Assembly: GCA_047947115.1 (NCBI GenBank)
Contig: CP170459.1
Location: 2,496,001 to 2,560,000, forward strand
Direction of reading: 5' to 3'
From: Verrucomicrobiota bacterium
GTDB lineage: Bacteria; Verrucomicrobiota; Verrucomicrobiia; Limisphaerales; AAA164-E04
Length of the DNA stretch: 64,000 nucleotides
Within the stretch, counting starts at the first letter, position 1, and every line of letters starts with the position of its first letter. Below the pieces are notes generated by a model that searched no databases, had not been told where the DNA came from, and was given only the letters and a program-made list of their open reading frames with translations. The position numbers were made by a program, and so were the translations under genes. Below are positions 38,601 to 48,504 of the stretch, one piece after another.

Positions 38601-39654
38601 GATCGTCGGTGAAACGTACTTGCTCATCCAGCGCATCGGTTGGAGCAAAACCATGGAAGACCATGCGCAATTGCGCGGTTCCGATGGCCGATTCGTTGAG
38701 CCCGAGTTCCTCATTGATGCGCGGATGCGCCACTAAATCCCCTGCCAGATGTTCGAGAAGAAGCTGATCATAAGGTATGTCATTATTCAGGGCTCGAATC
38801 AGGTAATCACGATAAAGCCATGCATTCGGAATCATGGGATCCCCTTCGCTACCGTGAGATTCGGCGTAACGCACCCAATCCATCCAATGCCTTGCCCAAC
38901 GTTCACCAAACTGGGGGGAACTTAAGAATGTATCCACCCAATCCACGTAGGCGTTGGGGCTTTGATCCGCCAAAAATGCTTCGATTTCCTCCGGACTGGG
39001 GGGGAGTCCCCGGAGAATCAGGCTCAAGCGCCGAATGAGTGTTTCTCCATTTGCTTCTTCTGAAGGCTCCAGTCCTGCTTCCTTTAATTTGTCTGCGATG
39101 AAGGCGTCCACTGGATGCATGTGCCGTGTGGCGTCGGGTGGGTAGGGGATGTCAACTGCCTTGATCGGTTGAAAACTCCACCATTGTTTCCGCCGTTCCA
39201 TGACGGCTTCCCAATTCGTATCCGTTTCCAACTCTTCTTCCGAAGGTGGATGGTCTCTTGGATCAACGGCTCCCTTGGCTATCCATGCCTCGAAATCAGC
39301 GATAACCGAGGCTTCCAGCTTTGCACCCGATTTCGGCATTTGTAAATCTTCAGAGGTCTGGTGGATGGCCTGTATCAGGAGACTGTCTGCCGGTTGGCCC
39401 GGAACGATGGCCGGCCCGGAGTCACCCCCCCGACGCAAGGCATCCCGATGATCGAGTGCCAGTCCACCTTTCTGAGGTCCTTTGGATCGATGGCACTCAT
39501 AACAATCCTGAGCAAGGATGGGGCGAATACGTGATTCAAAAAATTCAACCTCTGTTGTATCCTGTTCCGCCAGCAAAGGAGGCAAACCGGCGAGCAACAG
39601 ACCTAAGCTGCAGATCCATAATCGGATCGACTTCAATGTCAAAGTGTTTAACAT
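35593..39654 (-). CDS. Planctomycete cytochrome C + DUF1549/DUF1553 (PSD1-type) protein with inserted LamG domain
   Basis: [81 protein letters not shown]; LamG TLEAWVQ...WVHIA...YDRALS; ends [10 protein letters not shown]. Confidence 0.92.
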   Translation of the reverse strand: MLNTLTLKSIRLWICSLGLLLAGLPPLLAEQDTTEVEFFESRIRPILAQDCYECHRSKGPQKGGLALDHRDALRRGGDSGPAIVPGQPADSLLIQAIHQTSEDLQMPKSGAKLEASVIADFEAWIAKGAVDPRDHPPSEEELETDTNWEAVMERRKQWWSFQPIKAVDIPYPPDATRHMHPVDAFIADKLKEAGLEPSEEANGETLIRRLSLILRGLPPSPEEIEAFLADQSPNAYVDWVDTFLSSPQFGERWARHWMDWVRYAESHGSEGDPMIPNAWLYRDYLIRALNNDIPYDQLLLEHLAGDLVAHPRINEELGLNESAIGTAQLRMVFHGFAPTDALDEQVRFTDDQINVVSKAFQGITVSCARCHDHKFEPISQKDFYAWYGIMASGRPTMIQVNVPPTSEADLRVKMKALKASIKEEIIATWMIETEHLNPDSNVLLEALKQSKKGDVLWPLSAIETDRKEVLEAWKALREQANGAETFKRVHDWNLADPSDASKWFAEGPSATRPAHSGTWALSTEGESIVQNILPSGTYSHLVSTKDRGLLHSPRIQLDQPYDLWLLVNGDGNAMARYAVQNYPRDGTVYPVERMNGSRWHWRKFPLDYWKGDQIHIEITTAADQPVLARLDQTRSWFGIRNAVIVPSNSPFNNQVEAEIFRPVLAETKDELPESQSELLAIYRKSIFESLTAWKNKHLTDAQAVFLDAILKSKILTNQAQEGTSIAKMLEEWRRFEKHLATPMRSPGQFETEGFDQVLFDRGDHKKPLDVVPRRFLEFLDDEPYQTKSSGRLELAQDMLRDDNPLTSRVIVNRIWHHLFGKGIVATPDNFGKLGLPPTHPELLDFLAAHFKNNGWSIKNMIRFLVTSETWKRSSDTSDLAAARDPDNQLWSHFSVRRLEAEAIRDSLLAVSGKLDRDTQYGSPVNGNSPRRSVYVRVKRNDLDPFLTLFDAPVPASTRGRRDATNVPGQSLSMLNDRFVIDCAEKWVSGLAQIDPSVKGTHRNEIQSLFLKALGRYPNLSETIRAEQFLAAMHDLKQDTTRQINALSDQVKETEAALVQLEETARNRVLEGRDQDTLKTAAPGPAPFASWNFSSGLKDEIGGLDLELLGEARLEGGALKLNGKGSYARSKAFQKDIKEKTLEAWVQLDDLDQRGGGVMSLQDTSGSTFDAIVYGEQTSRKWLAGSNVFARTQNLHGENEHTAHQEWVHIALTYQVDGTITAYRNGTQYGKPYRSDGPVTFSAGNAQLLLGNRHGSPGGNRLLRGQIAKARFYDRALSSEEIKASFNGDPHFVSQKDLLAALNEEELSKRNNWLSQINTTKAALESIQSKQGLSHAWADLAHAIFNLKEFIYVQ

Positions 39655-39709
39655 GGGATTCACGTTAACCTTACCATGCATTCCGAAAGGCGGCAATCTT
39701 TGAACACGC

Positions 39710-42700
39710 CTATACTTCGATTGTTTTGTTCAGCGACAGAAAGTGCAGCCATTTTCGAGTGACGGGGCGTTGGTAGATTCTCTGCAGAGCCCGGGCGTAG
39801 AGTTCCAGTTGCACTTGGTAATGGTTGAGGCGGGTTGACACAGCTTCCTCCTGGATGTTGTCGGTTTTGTAATCGAGGATCTGGATGGATTGTTCGTCCA
39901 GAATGCACAGGTCGACAATGCCTTGAACAATCACAAAATCATCTTCCGTCGATGCGGCATCCTCAGGAGAAAGACCGAGGGTAGCCAGCTCGCTGAGTTT
40001 GAATCGAGCGGTGAAGGGCATTTCTCTTTGAACCAGATCGATGTGGTTCAGGATGGTTCTGCCTGCGGTCTCTTGCCAAAAGTGATGAACCGCTTCGAGA
40101 TCCAGAGCTTCCTTTGCAACTGGATCCAGGTTGCCGGAAGCGATCATGTCTTCCCGTTGTTGTTCGAGGTGTTCCAGGGACATATCCGGCTGCAGGGCCA
40201 CCCACTGTAGGAAATGGTGGTGCAAGGTTCCGCGTTCGCTGGCGGAAAGTTTGCCGGGTGGCTGTGGTGAACGGTCCGTTGCTGCTTTGGCTTCCTGGAA
40301 AAACCAGGAGGCGGATTCGTCCGCGGTGCTTTCATCCCGGTGCCTCCGCAGCATGGTGACGGTGGCCTTGGCTGGGTGGTGCGTGGCGCCTTGGTGCGGG
40401 TAGCTCCAACTGGCCAGTTGCTGCCAATGTGGCAGTCGCTTGCCGGAGGTAGTGCTGCGATCGGTCTGATCCGACTGATCCGACCGATCCGACCGATCAT
40501 CCGCCAAGAGCACTTGCCACTGCATGTGCTTTGTCGTTCCGGTGGGTTCGCTCCACCACTCTGGGTGGTCGAGGTGTTGACAGAGCCAGGGGAACAGCCA
40601 GTCCATGGCGCATCGTGTGCTGGAGGGCGCGTCGGATGCGGTGTCACAAAGGAAGCGTTCGGTCCATTTTTGCATGCGGTTTTCGGAGGCGGTTCCCGCG
40701 AGAATCAGGTGGTCTCTGGCACGGGTGAAGGCCACGTAGAGCAGGCGCATTTCTTCTCGCAGGCTTTCCGCTTTTTGTTTGCGTCGTCCGATCCACAAGG
40801 GGAGGCTGGGGTATCGCGGTTTGGCTCCGGGTGGTTGGATCATTCCGGCTACTCCTAGGGATTCATCCAGCAACCATGTCTGTTGGATGTCCTGGAAATT
40901 GAATGTTCCGGCTAGTCCCGCCACCGCAACCACGGGAAATTCCAGACCTTTGCTTTTGTGGATACTCATCAGGCTGACCGCCTGCCCTTCTTCGCCTGCG
41001 CCCGGATCGAACTCGGCTTCGAGATTGCGTTTGTTCTCCAGATACTGGAGGAATCGGTTCAATCCCTGCTGCTGGTATTGATCAAACTGCCGTGCCAGTT
41101 GGATCAACTGCTTGACGTGTGTGATGGCTTCGAGGTGGTTCTCCGTGGATGCGAGATGTTCCAGATAAAAGGTGTCGTTGAGAATCGTCTCAAGCCGTCT
41201 GCTCAAATTCAAATGACGACCGCTTTGCCGCCAACGATGAAATCGTTCGAGGAATTGTTTGGATTTTTCTCTGGCGGATCTGGCGTGTGGATTGTCAGAG
41301 AGGTGGTCCGGCAGGATATTATCTGGGGATTCCCGAACAAATAGATGCAGTGCGCTCCAATAACTGCCTCGACGTGTTCCAATCCGAATCAGGGACAGTT
41401 CGTTGTCATTCAAAGCCACCAACGGTGATCGGAGCACGGCTATCAAGGGGATGTCCTGTCTCGGGTTGTCCAGCAAAGTGAGCAGGGATACCAGGTCGGT
41501 TATCTCGGTTCGTTCCAACATCCCGCTGCGGGGGACGGACAGGGGGACGCCCAGTTGACCGAACACGCGCGCATAGGTGTCCGCTCTCGACCGAACAGAT
41601 CGGATCAGGATGGCCATGTCTTTCCACTCAACCGGGCGGAAGGCGTCCCGATCATGATCATAGACCGGGTGTTGATCTTCTTTGAGTTGCAGCAAACGCA
41701 ACGCAATCATCCGCGCTTCCTGTTCTGTTTCGGTGATGGGGGCTTCGGCGTCGTCGGAGGATGCTTCGTCCGGTTTGACCGTCATGATCATCCGGCATTC
41801 CACCGAAGGAAGTTCCTGGTTTGCCAGCTTTGATCTGTTGTCGGGATCTCCGAATTGCAGGTGGGCATTTCTATCGTAGGCGATACCTTCTTCGTCGGCC
41901 CCCATCAAATGGGAAAAGAAGGCGTTGACGAAATTGAGAATACCCGGGCGACTTCGAAAGTTGTCCTGCAGGTACACCACCTGGCATGGTTCTGATTCTT
42001 TCGATGTCTGCCAGTCGCGTTCGTAATCGATAAAAAACCGTGGATTGGCCAGGCGAAATCCATAGATGCTCTGTTTCACGTCACCGACCAGGAAGCGGTT
42101 GGCTTGAGGGCCCTCTCCGGCGATGGCGGTCAGGATGCAGTCCTGTGCGGCGTTGATGTCCTGGTATTCGTCAACGTAAACTTGTTTGTATTGCTCATGG
42201 ATGCTCCGGGCGAGTTCGGTGGGGTGGCCTTCTTTGCGATCCCAAAGCAGGTCGAGCGTGAATTGTTCAAGATCGGAAAAATCCAGGCCGCCTCGTTCGC
42301 GTTTTTTGGAAGCGAATGTTGCGGTGAATTCCCGGGTCAATTCCAGCAGAACAAGGGTTCGGTTTCGGAACCATTTCCAGTCTTCTTCCAACGGATCATG
42401 CCCGCCTTCTTCATCCCGGCAAAGCGTGGCGAGGAAGGCCGCATCATCGAGCATGCGTTTGATCGGTTCCCGGTGCTTCGTCTTGCAGCGTGGAGGCCAG
42501 CATTCCTTTTGATCGCGATCAGCCACTGCGCGGATGGCTCGCTCAACAGCTTCGGTGGAGGGTGTTCCTTGCAGACAGGGAAGCATTCGTTCAAGGCACG
42601 CCTTGGCGTTGGTGTTCTCTTCGGGTAGAGATTGAAGCAAAGGAACCCATTGTTGCATCCAATCCAGCGATTCGTTCAGGAAACAGGTTCTCCATTGATC

Positions 42701-43309
42701 GGGCGTTTCCTGAACCAGCAGGCGAATTTGCTCATCGATCCAGAACAGCGGCGCCACCATGGCCTGGCTGAATCGATGAAGTTTGATGATCCATTCCCGC
42801 AGGCCCCGATCCCACCCGTTTTCAAATTCGGTGACGAAGCGTCGAACCGATTCATCGAGCAGTTCCTTGCCTTCGTAATGATGTTCGAGCAGTTCATCCA
42901 GTGTCTGTTCTTCCAGGAACGCAATTTCTTCCGGCTCCAACACGCGTGCCTGGGGATCCAGTTCCAGTGAGTGAAAGTGTTGGCGGATGAGATTGAAGCA
43001 AAACGAGTGCAGGGTGCCGATGGATGCCGCGTCGATGTGCGCCAGTTTTTCCTGGAGATCGTGGTTTTGCGGGTCATTCAATAAAGCTTCTTCCAGCCGT
43101 TGAGCGATGCGTCCCCGCATCTCGCTGGCAGCAGCTTCGGTGAAGGTAACCATCAGGATTTCCAATAAAGAAACACTATCGTCTGAATCCAACAACTGCC
43201 GCATGCATCGGTCGATGAGCGTGCGCGTCTTTCCCGTTCCGGCACCGGCTACGACCAGAACGTTTCCTTTTGCCTCAATGGCTCGTTGTTGAGCTGCGGT
43301 GTGTTTCAT
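39710..43309 (-). CDS. addA: ATP-dependent helicase/nuclease subunit A
   Basis: AGAGTGKT, TFTEAAASEM, DEYQD, VGDVKQSIYGFR, NFRS, SIHKSKGLEF, EEMRLLYVAFTRAR; nuclease RGTLHH, QGIVD, DYKT, QLELY. Confidence 0.95.
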   Translation of the reverse strand: MKHTAAQQRAIEAKGNVLVVAGAGTGKTRTLIDRCMRQLLDSDDSVSLLEILMVTFTEAAASEMRGRIAQRLEEALLNDPQNHDLQEKLAHIDAASIGTLHSFCFNLIRQHFHSLELDPQARVLEPEEIAFLEEQTLDELLEHHYEGKELLDESVRRFVTEFENGWDRGLREWIIKLHRFSQAMVAPLFWIDEQIRLLVQETPDQWRTCFLNESLDWMQQWVPLLQSLPEENTNAKACLERMLPCLQGTPSTEAVERAIRAVADRDQKECWPPRCKTKHREPIKRMLDDAAFLATLCRDEEGGHDPLEEDWKWFRNRTLVLLELTREFTATFASKKRERGGLDFSDLEQFTLDLLWDRKEGHPTELARSIHEQYKQVYVDEYQDINAAQDCILTAIAGEGPQANRFLVGDVKQSIYGFRLANPRFFIDYERDWQTSKESEPCQVVYLQDNFRSRPGILNFVNAFFSHLMGADEEGIAYDRNAHLQFGDPDNRSKLANQELPSVECRMIMTVKPDEASSDDAEAPITETEQEARMIALRLLQLKEDQHPVYDHDRDAFRPVEWKDMAILIRSVRSRADTYARVFGQLGVPLSVPRSGMLERTEITDLVSLLTLLDNPRQDIPLIAVLRSPLVALNDNELSLIRIGTRRGSYWSALHLFVRESPDNILPDHLSDNPHARSAREKSKQFLERFHRWRQSGRHLNLSRRLETILNDTFYLEHLASTENHLEAITHVKQLIQLARQFDQYQQQGLNRFLQYLENKRNLEAEFDPGAGEEGQAVSLMSIHKSKGLEFPVVAVAGLAGTFNFQDIQQTWLLDESLGVAGMIQPPGAKPRYPSLPLWIGRRKQKAESLREEMRLLYVAFTRARDHLILAGTASENRMQKWTERFLCDTASDAPSSTRCAMDWLFPWLCQHLDHPEWWSEPTGTTKHMQWQVLLADDRSDRSDQSDQTDRSTTSGKRLPHWQQLASWSYPHQGATHHPAKATVTMLRRHRDESTADESASWFFQEAKAATDRSPQPPGKLSASERGTLHHHFLQWVALQPDMSLEHLEQQREDMIASGNLDPVAKEALDLEAVHHFWQETAGRTILNHIDLVQREMPFTARFKLSELATLGLSPEDAASTEDDFVIVQGIVDLCILDEQSIQILDYKTDNIQEEAVSTRLNHYQVQLELYARALQRIYQRPVTRKWLHFLSLNKTIEV
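40459..40498. repeat. In-frame run of 9-bp GGATCRGTC-type units within addA
   Basis: gatcggtctgatccgactgatccgaccgatccgaccgatc encodes DRSDRSDQSDQTDR on the minus strand; contains the same gactgatccgaccgatc 17-mer as 257-273. Confidence 0.8.
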
Positions 43310-46300
43310 GACTCCTGGTTGGGGGCTTCTCCATAGGAGGCTTTTTCAAGATTGCGCCACGCTTGTGTCCAGGGATCGATACGGCACACGGTGGCGAAGT
43401 CGCATCGTTCACAGGGTGTTTCGTTCCTATGGAGAAACGGCTCGGCGGAGATGTCGCCGTTCAATATGCGATCCCCAAACCGGCTCAGTAGCTGTGCGGC
43501 ATGCTCCATGAAGTGTTCGAACTTCGCCGGAGGCATGACATGCCAATGCGTCTTGCGGGGGGAGCCGTCCTTGTTGAGCTGGTATTGAAATTGATCACCA
43601 CTGGAAGCGCCTTCGCGTTGATCCATCCATGGCAGGGCGTCCAGGTTGAAACATCCCACGTGTTGATAGGCTTTTCGGACGGCATCTTCCGCCACGTTTT
43701 CATTGAGTGCTTCCTGACGGGAACTCTTGCCTTCATAACGCGCTCTCAGTGTTGTGAAAAACGCGCCGACAGCCTGGACGCTTTCAACGTCGAATGCCTT
43801 CGCCATGCCCGGATGACGCAGGACGTTGAGGTAAACGGGTAATTGTAACTGAATGCCGTTCCAGGATAGTGTGGCATCCGGTTTCTTTTTTCCGGATTTA
43901 TAATCCACCACGATGCCCATGACCGAACCATCCTTCAAGGGTAGCAGGTCGACTCGATCGATGATGCCGTTGAAGACCATTTTGGCGTTGTCGGAGAGGT
44001 TTAATTCCCAGGCTGGGAGTTTGGGTTCCTTGCCTCCAAATGCGACTTCGACACCGTTTGGTTCGAAGGCGTATTGTTTCATCCAGACCACGACGACACC
44101 GATGAACGTCTCCAACCCATGCCCCAGAGCTGTTGCCGTGACTCGGTTCACGGGTTTGTCCTCCATCAGGCCATCGTGAAAAATCGCCATGGTCTGACGC
44201 ACGATCTGGGACATGAGTTCGCGGGCCTGGTTCGAGGTCAAATCATGCCAGGTGAGGCCTTCCTCCTTGACCGCCAGATGGAATGACTCCAAGGCGGCAT
44301 GTTGAAAACTGCCGAGACGTCTGGCGTCCAGTTCGAACGCCATACGTTCCTCCGCTTTCAGACCGGATTGAACAAAATATCTGAACGGACATTCCGCGAA
44401 GGCTTCGATGCGGCTGACAGAGGTGCGCAGTATGGGGGATTCGGGCGTGTCCGAATAGAGCGTTCGCGCGATGATGGCATCCAGTTCAGGAGCCTGATCG
44501 GTGTTGCTTTCCTTGCTGACAAACGCGACGGATTGTTCGTTTCTCAACAGGGGGAGAATGCTTTGGATATCTTTGCCGGATGTTTCGTTTTTCCATGCCC
44601 AAAACTCGGGAGAAAGCAGCAGCTCGCGTTCGTGCAATGTTTCGTCCAGAGGGATGGTTTCGTTGAAAGACGCGGTTTCAAGGTTTGGAAAAAGACGTTT
44701 TACGTGTTGGATCAAAGCGGAAGGCAACAGTGCTTGTCCATCTTCTCCGTTAAGTGCATAGGACAGCGATAGCCATTCGGTGGATCGTGTGCAGCCTATG
44801 TATCCCAGGAAACGTTCGGTGGCCAATTGTGTCCGGTAACGGTTACCGATCGAAATGCCTTCCTCTTCCAAACGTAATCGTTCGCGTTCATCAAGAATCA
44901 AAGGGACGGATGGTTTGGCTGGAAAAATGGATTCGTTCAATCCCAGTAAAAAGGTGGCTTTCAGGTCCGGGTTACGCGATCGGTCAATGGCTCCGACCAA
45001 TACCTGGTCAATCGCGGGCGGGAGCACGCCAACCGTCAGATGGTTCAATCCCGCTTCAAGGATCGGAATCCATTCCCGGATCGGCAGCGGTGTTTCGGCA
45101 AAAGCCAGATCGATGTTGTTTAGCCAAGTTTCCAGCGATTCCAATACACGCATGTGGAATCCGGTATGCATGGACAGGGTCGATGTTTCGTCGGTATCGG
45201 TATCCCAGTTTTGCAAGATGGATTCCACCCCATGCGCTTTCCACAAAGCCCGGCAGGCGTTTGCCAACTGGAGTCCGTTCCATGGCCTCAGGTTGCCAAG
45301 TGATTGGCTTTTGGACGGAAGCCCCAGGAATCGTTTGATGGGGAGCAGTAGTTTTTCCCGGATCGGTTCAAATCGTTCGACGAGTTTGTCCGGCCCTTTG
45401 AGAGGTTGCCACCAACGTGTGCCTCTCCAACCGCGTTCAATCGAGGCGTTTTCAAGATCGTCGATGGCGTCGATGGTCAAGGGGGTGAATCCTGATTTCA
45501 AATAGGCAAACCAGTCTTCATGTGCCCAGCCGTAGGCCGGCAATCGTATGGCGCTCCGGGTGAGTTCAATGAGCGGATGGTGCGCAATTGATTCTCGCCG
45601 ATCAATAAAACAGGGGATGTCGTAACGATCAAAAACATGCCGTACGACTTCCTGGTAATGCGGCAATGAACGCACGAGGACGGCCATCTGATGAAATCGC
45701 ATTCCTCCATCCCGAACGTGTTTCAAAATGTTGCGCGCTGCATGGATGGCCTCGGCCTCCCGGCTCTGGCAGGCGGTGATGGTGATGGATTGTTTTTGCG
45801 GGGCCTGGTTCGATTCGTCAAGTCCCAGTTGAAGCTGGTCGCCCGACTGCGGTTTGGGTGAACCATTGCCTTCGAAGGGAGCCGGCCGGGTCCAGTTTTC
45901 TTCAAGGTAACCCAGCATGAGGTCCGATGTAAAACGTCCGTATTGTGGCGTGCGTTTCAGGACGGTTCGTTTTACTACGACTTCATCCAGCGATGCAAAG
46001 TCATGAAGGCAGTGCCGGAGTGTCTGGTGCGTGGGGAGCCAGATTGAAAAGACTTCGCGTTGTTGATCAGGAAATGAATCCGCGCAAAAGGCCAGTGTTG
46101 TTTTTTTGCTCAATGGAGCGAGGAGTGTCAGGAGCTGACGTTCCTGTGGCGTCAATGCGGCGAAACCATCCATCCAAAGCCCGCCCAGCCAGAAAGGTAT
46201 GGATGCATGATTTGAGCGGCCCAGGGTGCGCAGCGCGTCGGCGGCCATGTCGAGCAGGCAATCGGGATCGTGCAATTGTTTGTTGTCGATCCAGGATTGA

Positions 46301-46839
46301 TAGTCTTGGTAAAGCAGGGCGATGTCGTGCAGTTTGTACCGGATGCGGGTGGGCAGATGTTCGGATTCGGCCAGTTCAAGAAGGCGCGTGGGAGAAGTGC
46401 GGTTTTGCTGGAATTCTCGAATCACCCGACTCAGTTCCTGTGCCAGTCCAGGTAATTTGGCCGCTGCATGAAAGAGTCTCAGTTGATCCCTGATCTGATT
46501 CAGCAAGGCGCGCATGACCATGATACGGCCTTCTTCGGATAGCAATCCGCGCGCGCCCATTCCGCATTCGGAGAGAATGAATTCGGCCAGTCGGTCGAAG
46601 GACAGGATTTGCAATCGACTGTAACCATGCAGGTCGGGATCGCTCAACAGGGCGTGTTCCATCTGGAAAGTGGCCTGCTTGGGGGCGAGGAGGAGCAGGG
46701 GGGCTCCATCCGGTCTTTGTTTGAGTTCTGTCCGGATGGCGTTCAGGCATGCATGGGTCTTACCGCTGCCGGCGGGACCGATCAGCAGTTCGACGATGCT
46801 TTTGTTGCCTGGATGCGACATGCCTTGCGTAGCTTTCAA
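43306..46839 (-). CDS. addB: ATP-dependent helicase/nuclease subunit B
   Basis: GPAGSGKT, PKQATFQME, SFDRLA, LGLNE..FP, SVSRIEAFAECPF, GIIDRVD, DYKS, QLPVY, PCERCDFATVC (Fe-S staple cysteines). ATGA overlap with addA. Confidence 0.92.
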   Translation of the reverse strand: MKATQGMSHPGNKSIVELLIGPAGSGKTHACLNAIRTELKQRPDGAPLLLLAPKQATFQMEHALLSDPDLHGYSRLQILSFDRLAEFILSECGMGARGLLSEEGRIMVMRALLNQIRDQLRLFHAAAKLPGLAQELSRVIREFQQNRTSPTRLLELAESEHLPTRIRYKLHDIALLYQDYQSWIDNKQLHDPDCLLDMAADALRTLGRSNHASIPFWLGGLWMDGFAALTPQERQLLTLLAPLSKKTTLAFCADSFPDQQREVFSIWLPTHQTLRHCLHDFASLDEVVVKRTVLKRTPQYGRFTSDLMLGYLEENWTRPAPFEGNGSPKPQSGDQLQLGLDESNQAPQKQSITITACQSREAEAIHAARNILKHVRDGGMRFHQMAVLVRSLPHYQEVVRHVFDRYDIPCFIDRRESIAHHPLIELTRSAIRLPAYGWAHEDWFAYLKSGFTPLTIDAIDDLENASIERGWRGTRWWQPLKGPDKLVERFEPIREKLLLPIKRFLGLPSKSQSLGNLRPWNGLQLANACRALWKAHGVESILQNWDTDTDETSTLSMHTGFHMRVLESLETWLNNIDLAFAETPLPIREWIPILEAGLNHLTVGVLPPAIDQVLVGAIDRSRNPDLKATFLLGLNESIFPAKPSVPLILDERERLRLEEEGISIGNRYRTQLATERFLGYIGCTRSTEWLSLSYALNGEDGQALLPSALIQHVKRLFPNLETASFNETIPLDETLHERELLLSPEFWAWKNETSGKDIQSILPLLRNEQSVAFVSKESNTDQAPELDAIIARTLYSDTPESPILRTSVSRIEAFAECPFRYFVQSGLKAEERMAFELDARRLGSFQHAALESFHLAVKEEGLTWHDLTSNQARELMSQIVRQTMAIFHDGLMEDKPVNRVTATALGHGLETFIGVVVVWMKQYAFEPNGVEVAFGGKEPKLPAWELNLSDNAKMVFNGIIDRVDLLPLKDGSVMGIVVDYKSGKKKPDATLSWNGIQLQLPVYLNVLRHPGMAKAFDVESVQAVGAFFTTLRARYEGKSSRQEALNENVAEDAVRKAYQHVGCFNLDALPWMDQREGASSGDQFQYQLNKDGSPRKTHWHVMPPAKFEHFMEHAAQLLSRFGDRILNGDISAEPFLHRNETPCERCDFATVCRIDPWTQAWRNLEKASYGEAPNQES

Positions 46840-46845
46840 TAATGG

Positions 46846-48093
46846 TTATGGGTTCCCTGACATTTCCAGGCAGACCAATCGTTCGGGACTGCGTGCCAGA
46901 AACATTCCGTTCGAAAAAGCAGGAAACGCACGCACGCCTGAAGGAAGGATTTGTCTGCGACTCAGGGTTCGGAAGGTATCGGGCGAAGCTTCGATGAGGA
47001 TCAATTCACCGGATTCCATCATGAGCAGCAACTGATCGTTGACGCAAATCACCGATCCTGCTCCCAGGTTGTCTTCGCTCCATTGAACCTTTCCGGTGAC
47101 GGCTTCGATGCAGCGGAATTCAGGTCCATATTCCTGGCGGCCGTGGAATCCATAGAGGTATCCTTGATGGTAAACACAGGTGGCATAGTGGTTGGATATT
47201 TGATCGTCCCCCGACCAAACGCGATTGAGCGAATCCCCCTCGCGTTTGACCAACACAGCACCCGCACCATAGCTGGCGGAGACAAACACGCCTTCGGGAA
47301 GAATTAGTGGAGTGGCTGCGTTGACCGATGCGTTCATGGAGGAACGCCATGGCATAGAGGCCAGGATTTGCCCTGAGGCTGGTTCCATGGTGTAAAGTTT
47401 TTCGCGCGTCCAGATCCATAAGGCGGGATCGTTGTTTTTATTGTCCAGAACGGGGGATGCATAGCCGGCTTCATCGGATGTTGCTTTCCACGCAAGTTTG
47501 CCGGTGTTGCGATCCAATGCAACCACCCCCGAGCCGTCCTGTCCCCCGATGATGAAGACGACCACATCACCTACCGCCAGCGGAGACGGGGCCATGCCAA
47601 AGAATCCTTTACCACTTTTCCAAGTGGATTTGGCGTCCATCTCCCATCGCTTTTTCCCGGAGTTTTTTTCGACAGCCGAGAGCATGCCATCGGCACTCAT
47701 GAGAAAAATGGAATCACCATCCACGCAAGGAGTGGCTCGTGGGCCGTTGTCGAAACCAAAGTCATCCCGGTATTGGGTTGGGTGTTGATAACGCCAGTTT
47801 CTTTCGCCTGACTGGAGGTCGATGCTGTCCAGGGTGCTTTGAGTTCCAAGGCGGTGGTAAAGAAAAACTGTTTTATTGTAAATGACCGGTCCGCTGAAAC
47901 CGCTTCCGACTTTTTGTTCCCATTGTTTTTTGGGCGGCTGGGTTTTCCAGTTGCTTCGAATGGTTTCGTTGGAGGCAGCACCGTTTCGGTTTGGGCCAAG
48001 GAACTGGGGCCATTCGCCGCCCTGAGAAAATGTTGTGAAGGCGCATGCCAGCAGGCTTGTGGTCAGCAAAATGGTATGGGGTACGGTGCGCAT
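46846..48093 (-). CDS. PQQ-binding-like (BamB-like) beta-propeller protein, exported
   Basis: WPQFLGPNRNG, GSGFSGPV, GPRATP, G...W repeats, GYASP, ATP. Signal peptide from MRTVPH. Confidence 0.88.
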   Translation of the reverse strand: MRTVPHTILLTTSLLACAFTTFSQGGEWPQFLGPNRNGAASNETIRSNWKTQPPKKQWEQKVGSGFSGPVIYNKTVFLYHRLGTQSTLDSIDLQSGERNWRYQHPTQYRDDFGFDNGPRATPCVDGDSIFLMSADGMLSAVEKNSGKKRWEMDAKSTWKSGKGFFGMAPSPLAVGDVVVFIIGGQDGSGVVALDRNTGKLAWKATSDEAGYASPVLDNKNNDPALWIWTREKLYTMEPASGQILASMPWRSSMNASVNAATPLILPEGVFVSASYGAGAVLVKREGDSLNRVWSGDDQISNHYATCVYHQGYLYGFHGRQEYGPEFRCIEAVTGKVQWSEDNLGAGSVICVNDQLLLMMESGELILIEASPDTFRTLSRRQILPSGVRAFPAFSNGMFLARSPERLVCLEMSGNP

Positions 48094-48264
48094 GGGGTGA
48101 TTATGGGGGATTTGGATTTCACCTTGCAAGAGCAGAGGGGAGGGATAAGGAGGGTTGTTTGAATAGAGCTGAAATGTCTGTCGTCCAAATCGCATCAAAC
48201 CCGGGGTTCCAATTGAAACAAACTGAACAGAATCATTGTAACATTAGCGATTCATCCATTCATT

Positions 48265-48498
48265 ATGAAACAAATCAATATCTTGAAGGCAACTTTATGC
48301 GTTGCGTTGGCTGGCATCTTTGCCATGGGCACAACAGGCTGTGTGGTGAGTTTGGGGAACAAGGGAACCCCTCGCCATTCTGAAGAAACTACCCTCGGCC
48401 AGGAACTGATCGACCTGAAGGCGGCGAGAGATTCCGGGGCGTTGACGCCTGATGAGTATGAATACGAACGGCGGAGATTGTTGGATCATCGTGATTGA
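48265..48498 (+). CDS. Small lipoprotein with SHOCT domain
   Basis: Lipobox-like TTGC; TLGQELIDLKAARDSGALTPDEYEYERRRLL SHOCT pattern. Confidence 0.8.
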   Translation: MKQINILKATLCVALAGIFAMGTTGCVVSLGNKGTPRHSEETTLGQELIDLKAARDSGALTPDEYEYERRRLLDHRD

Positions 48499-48504
48499 TG
48501 GGTG

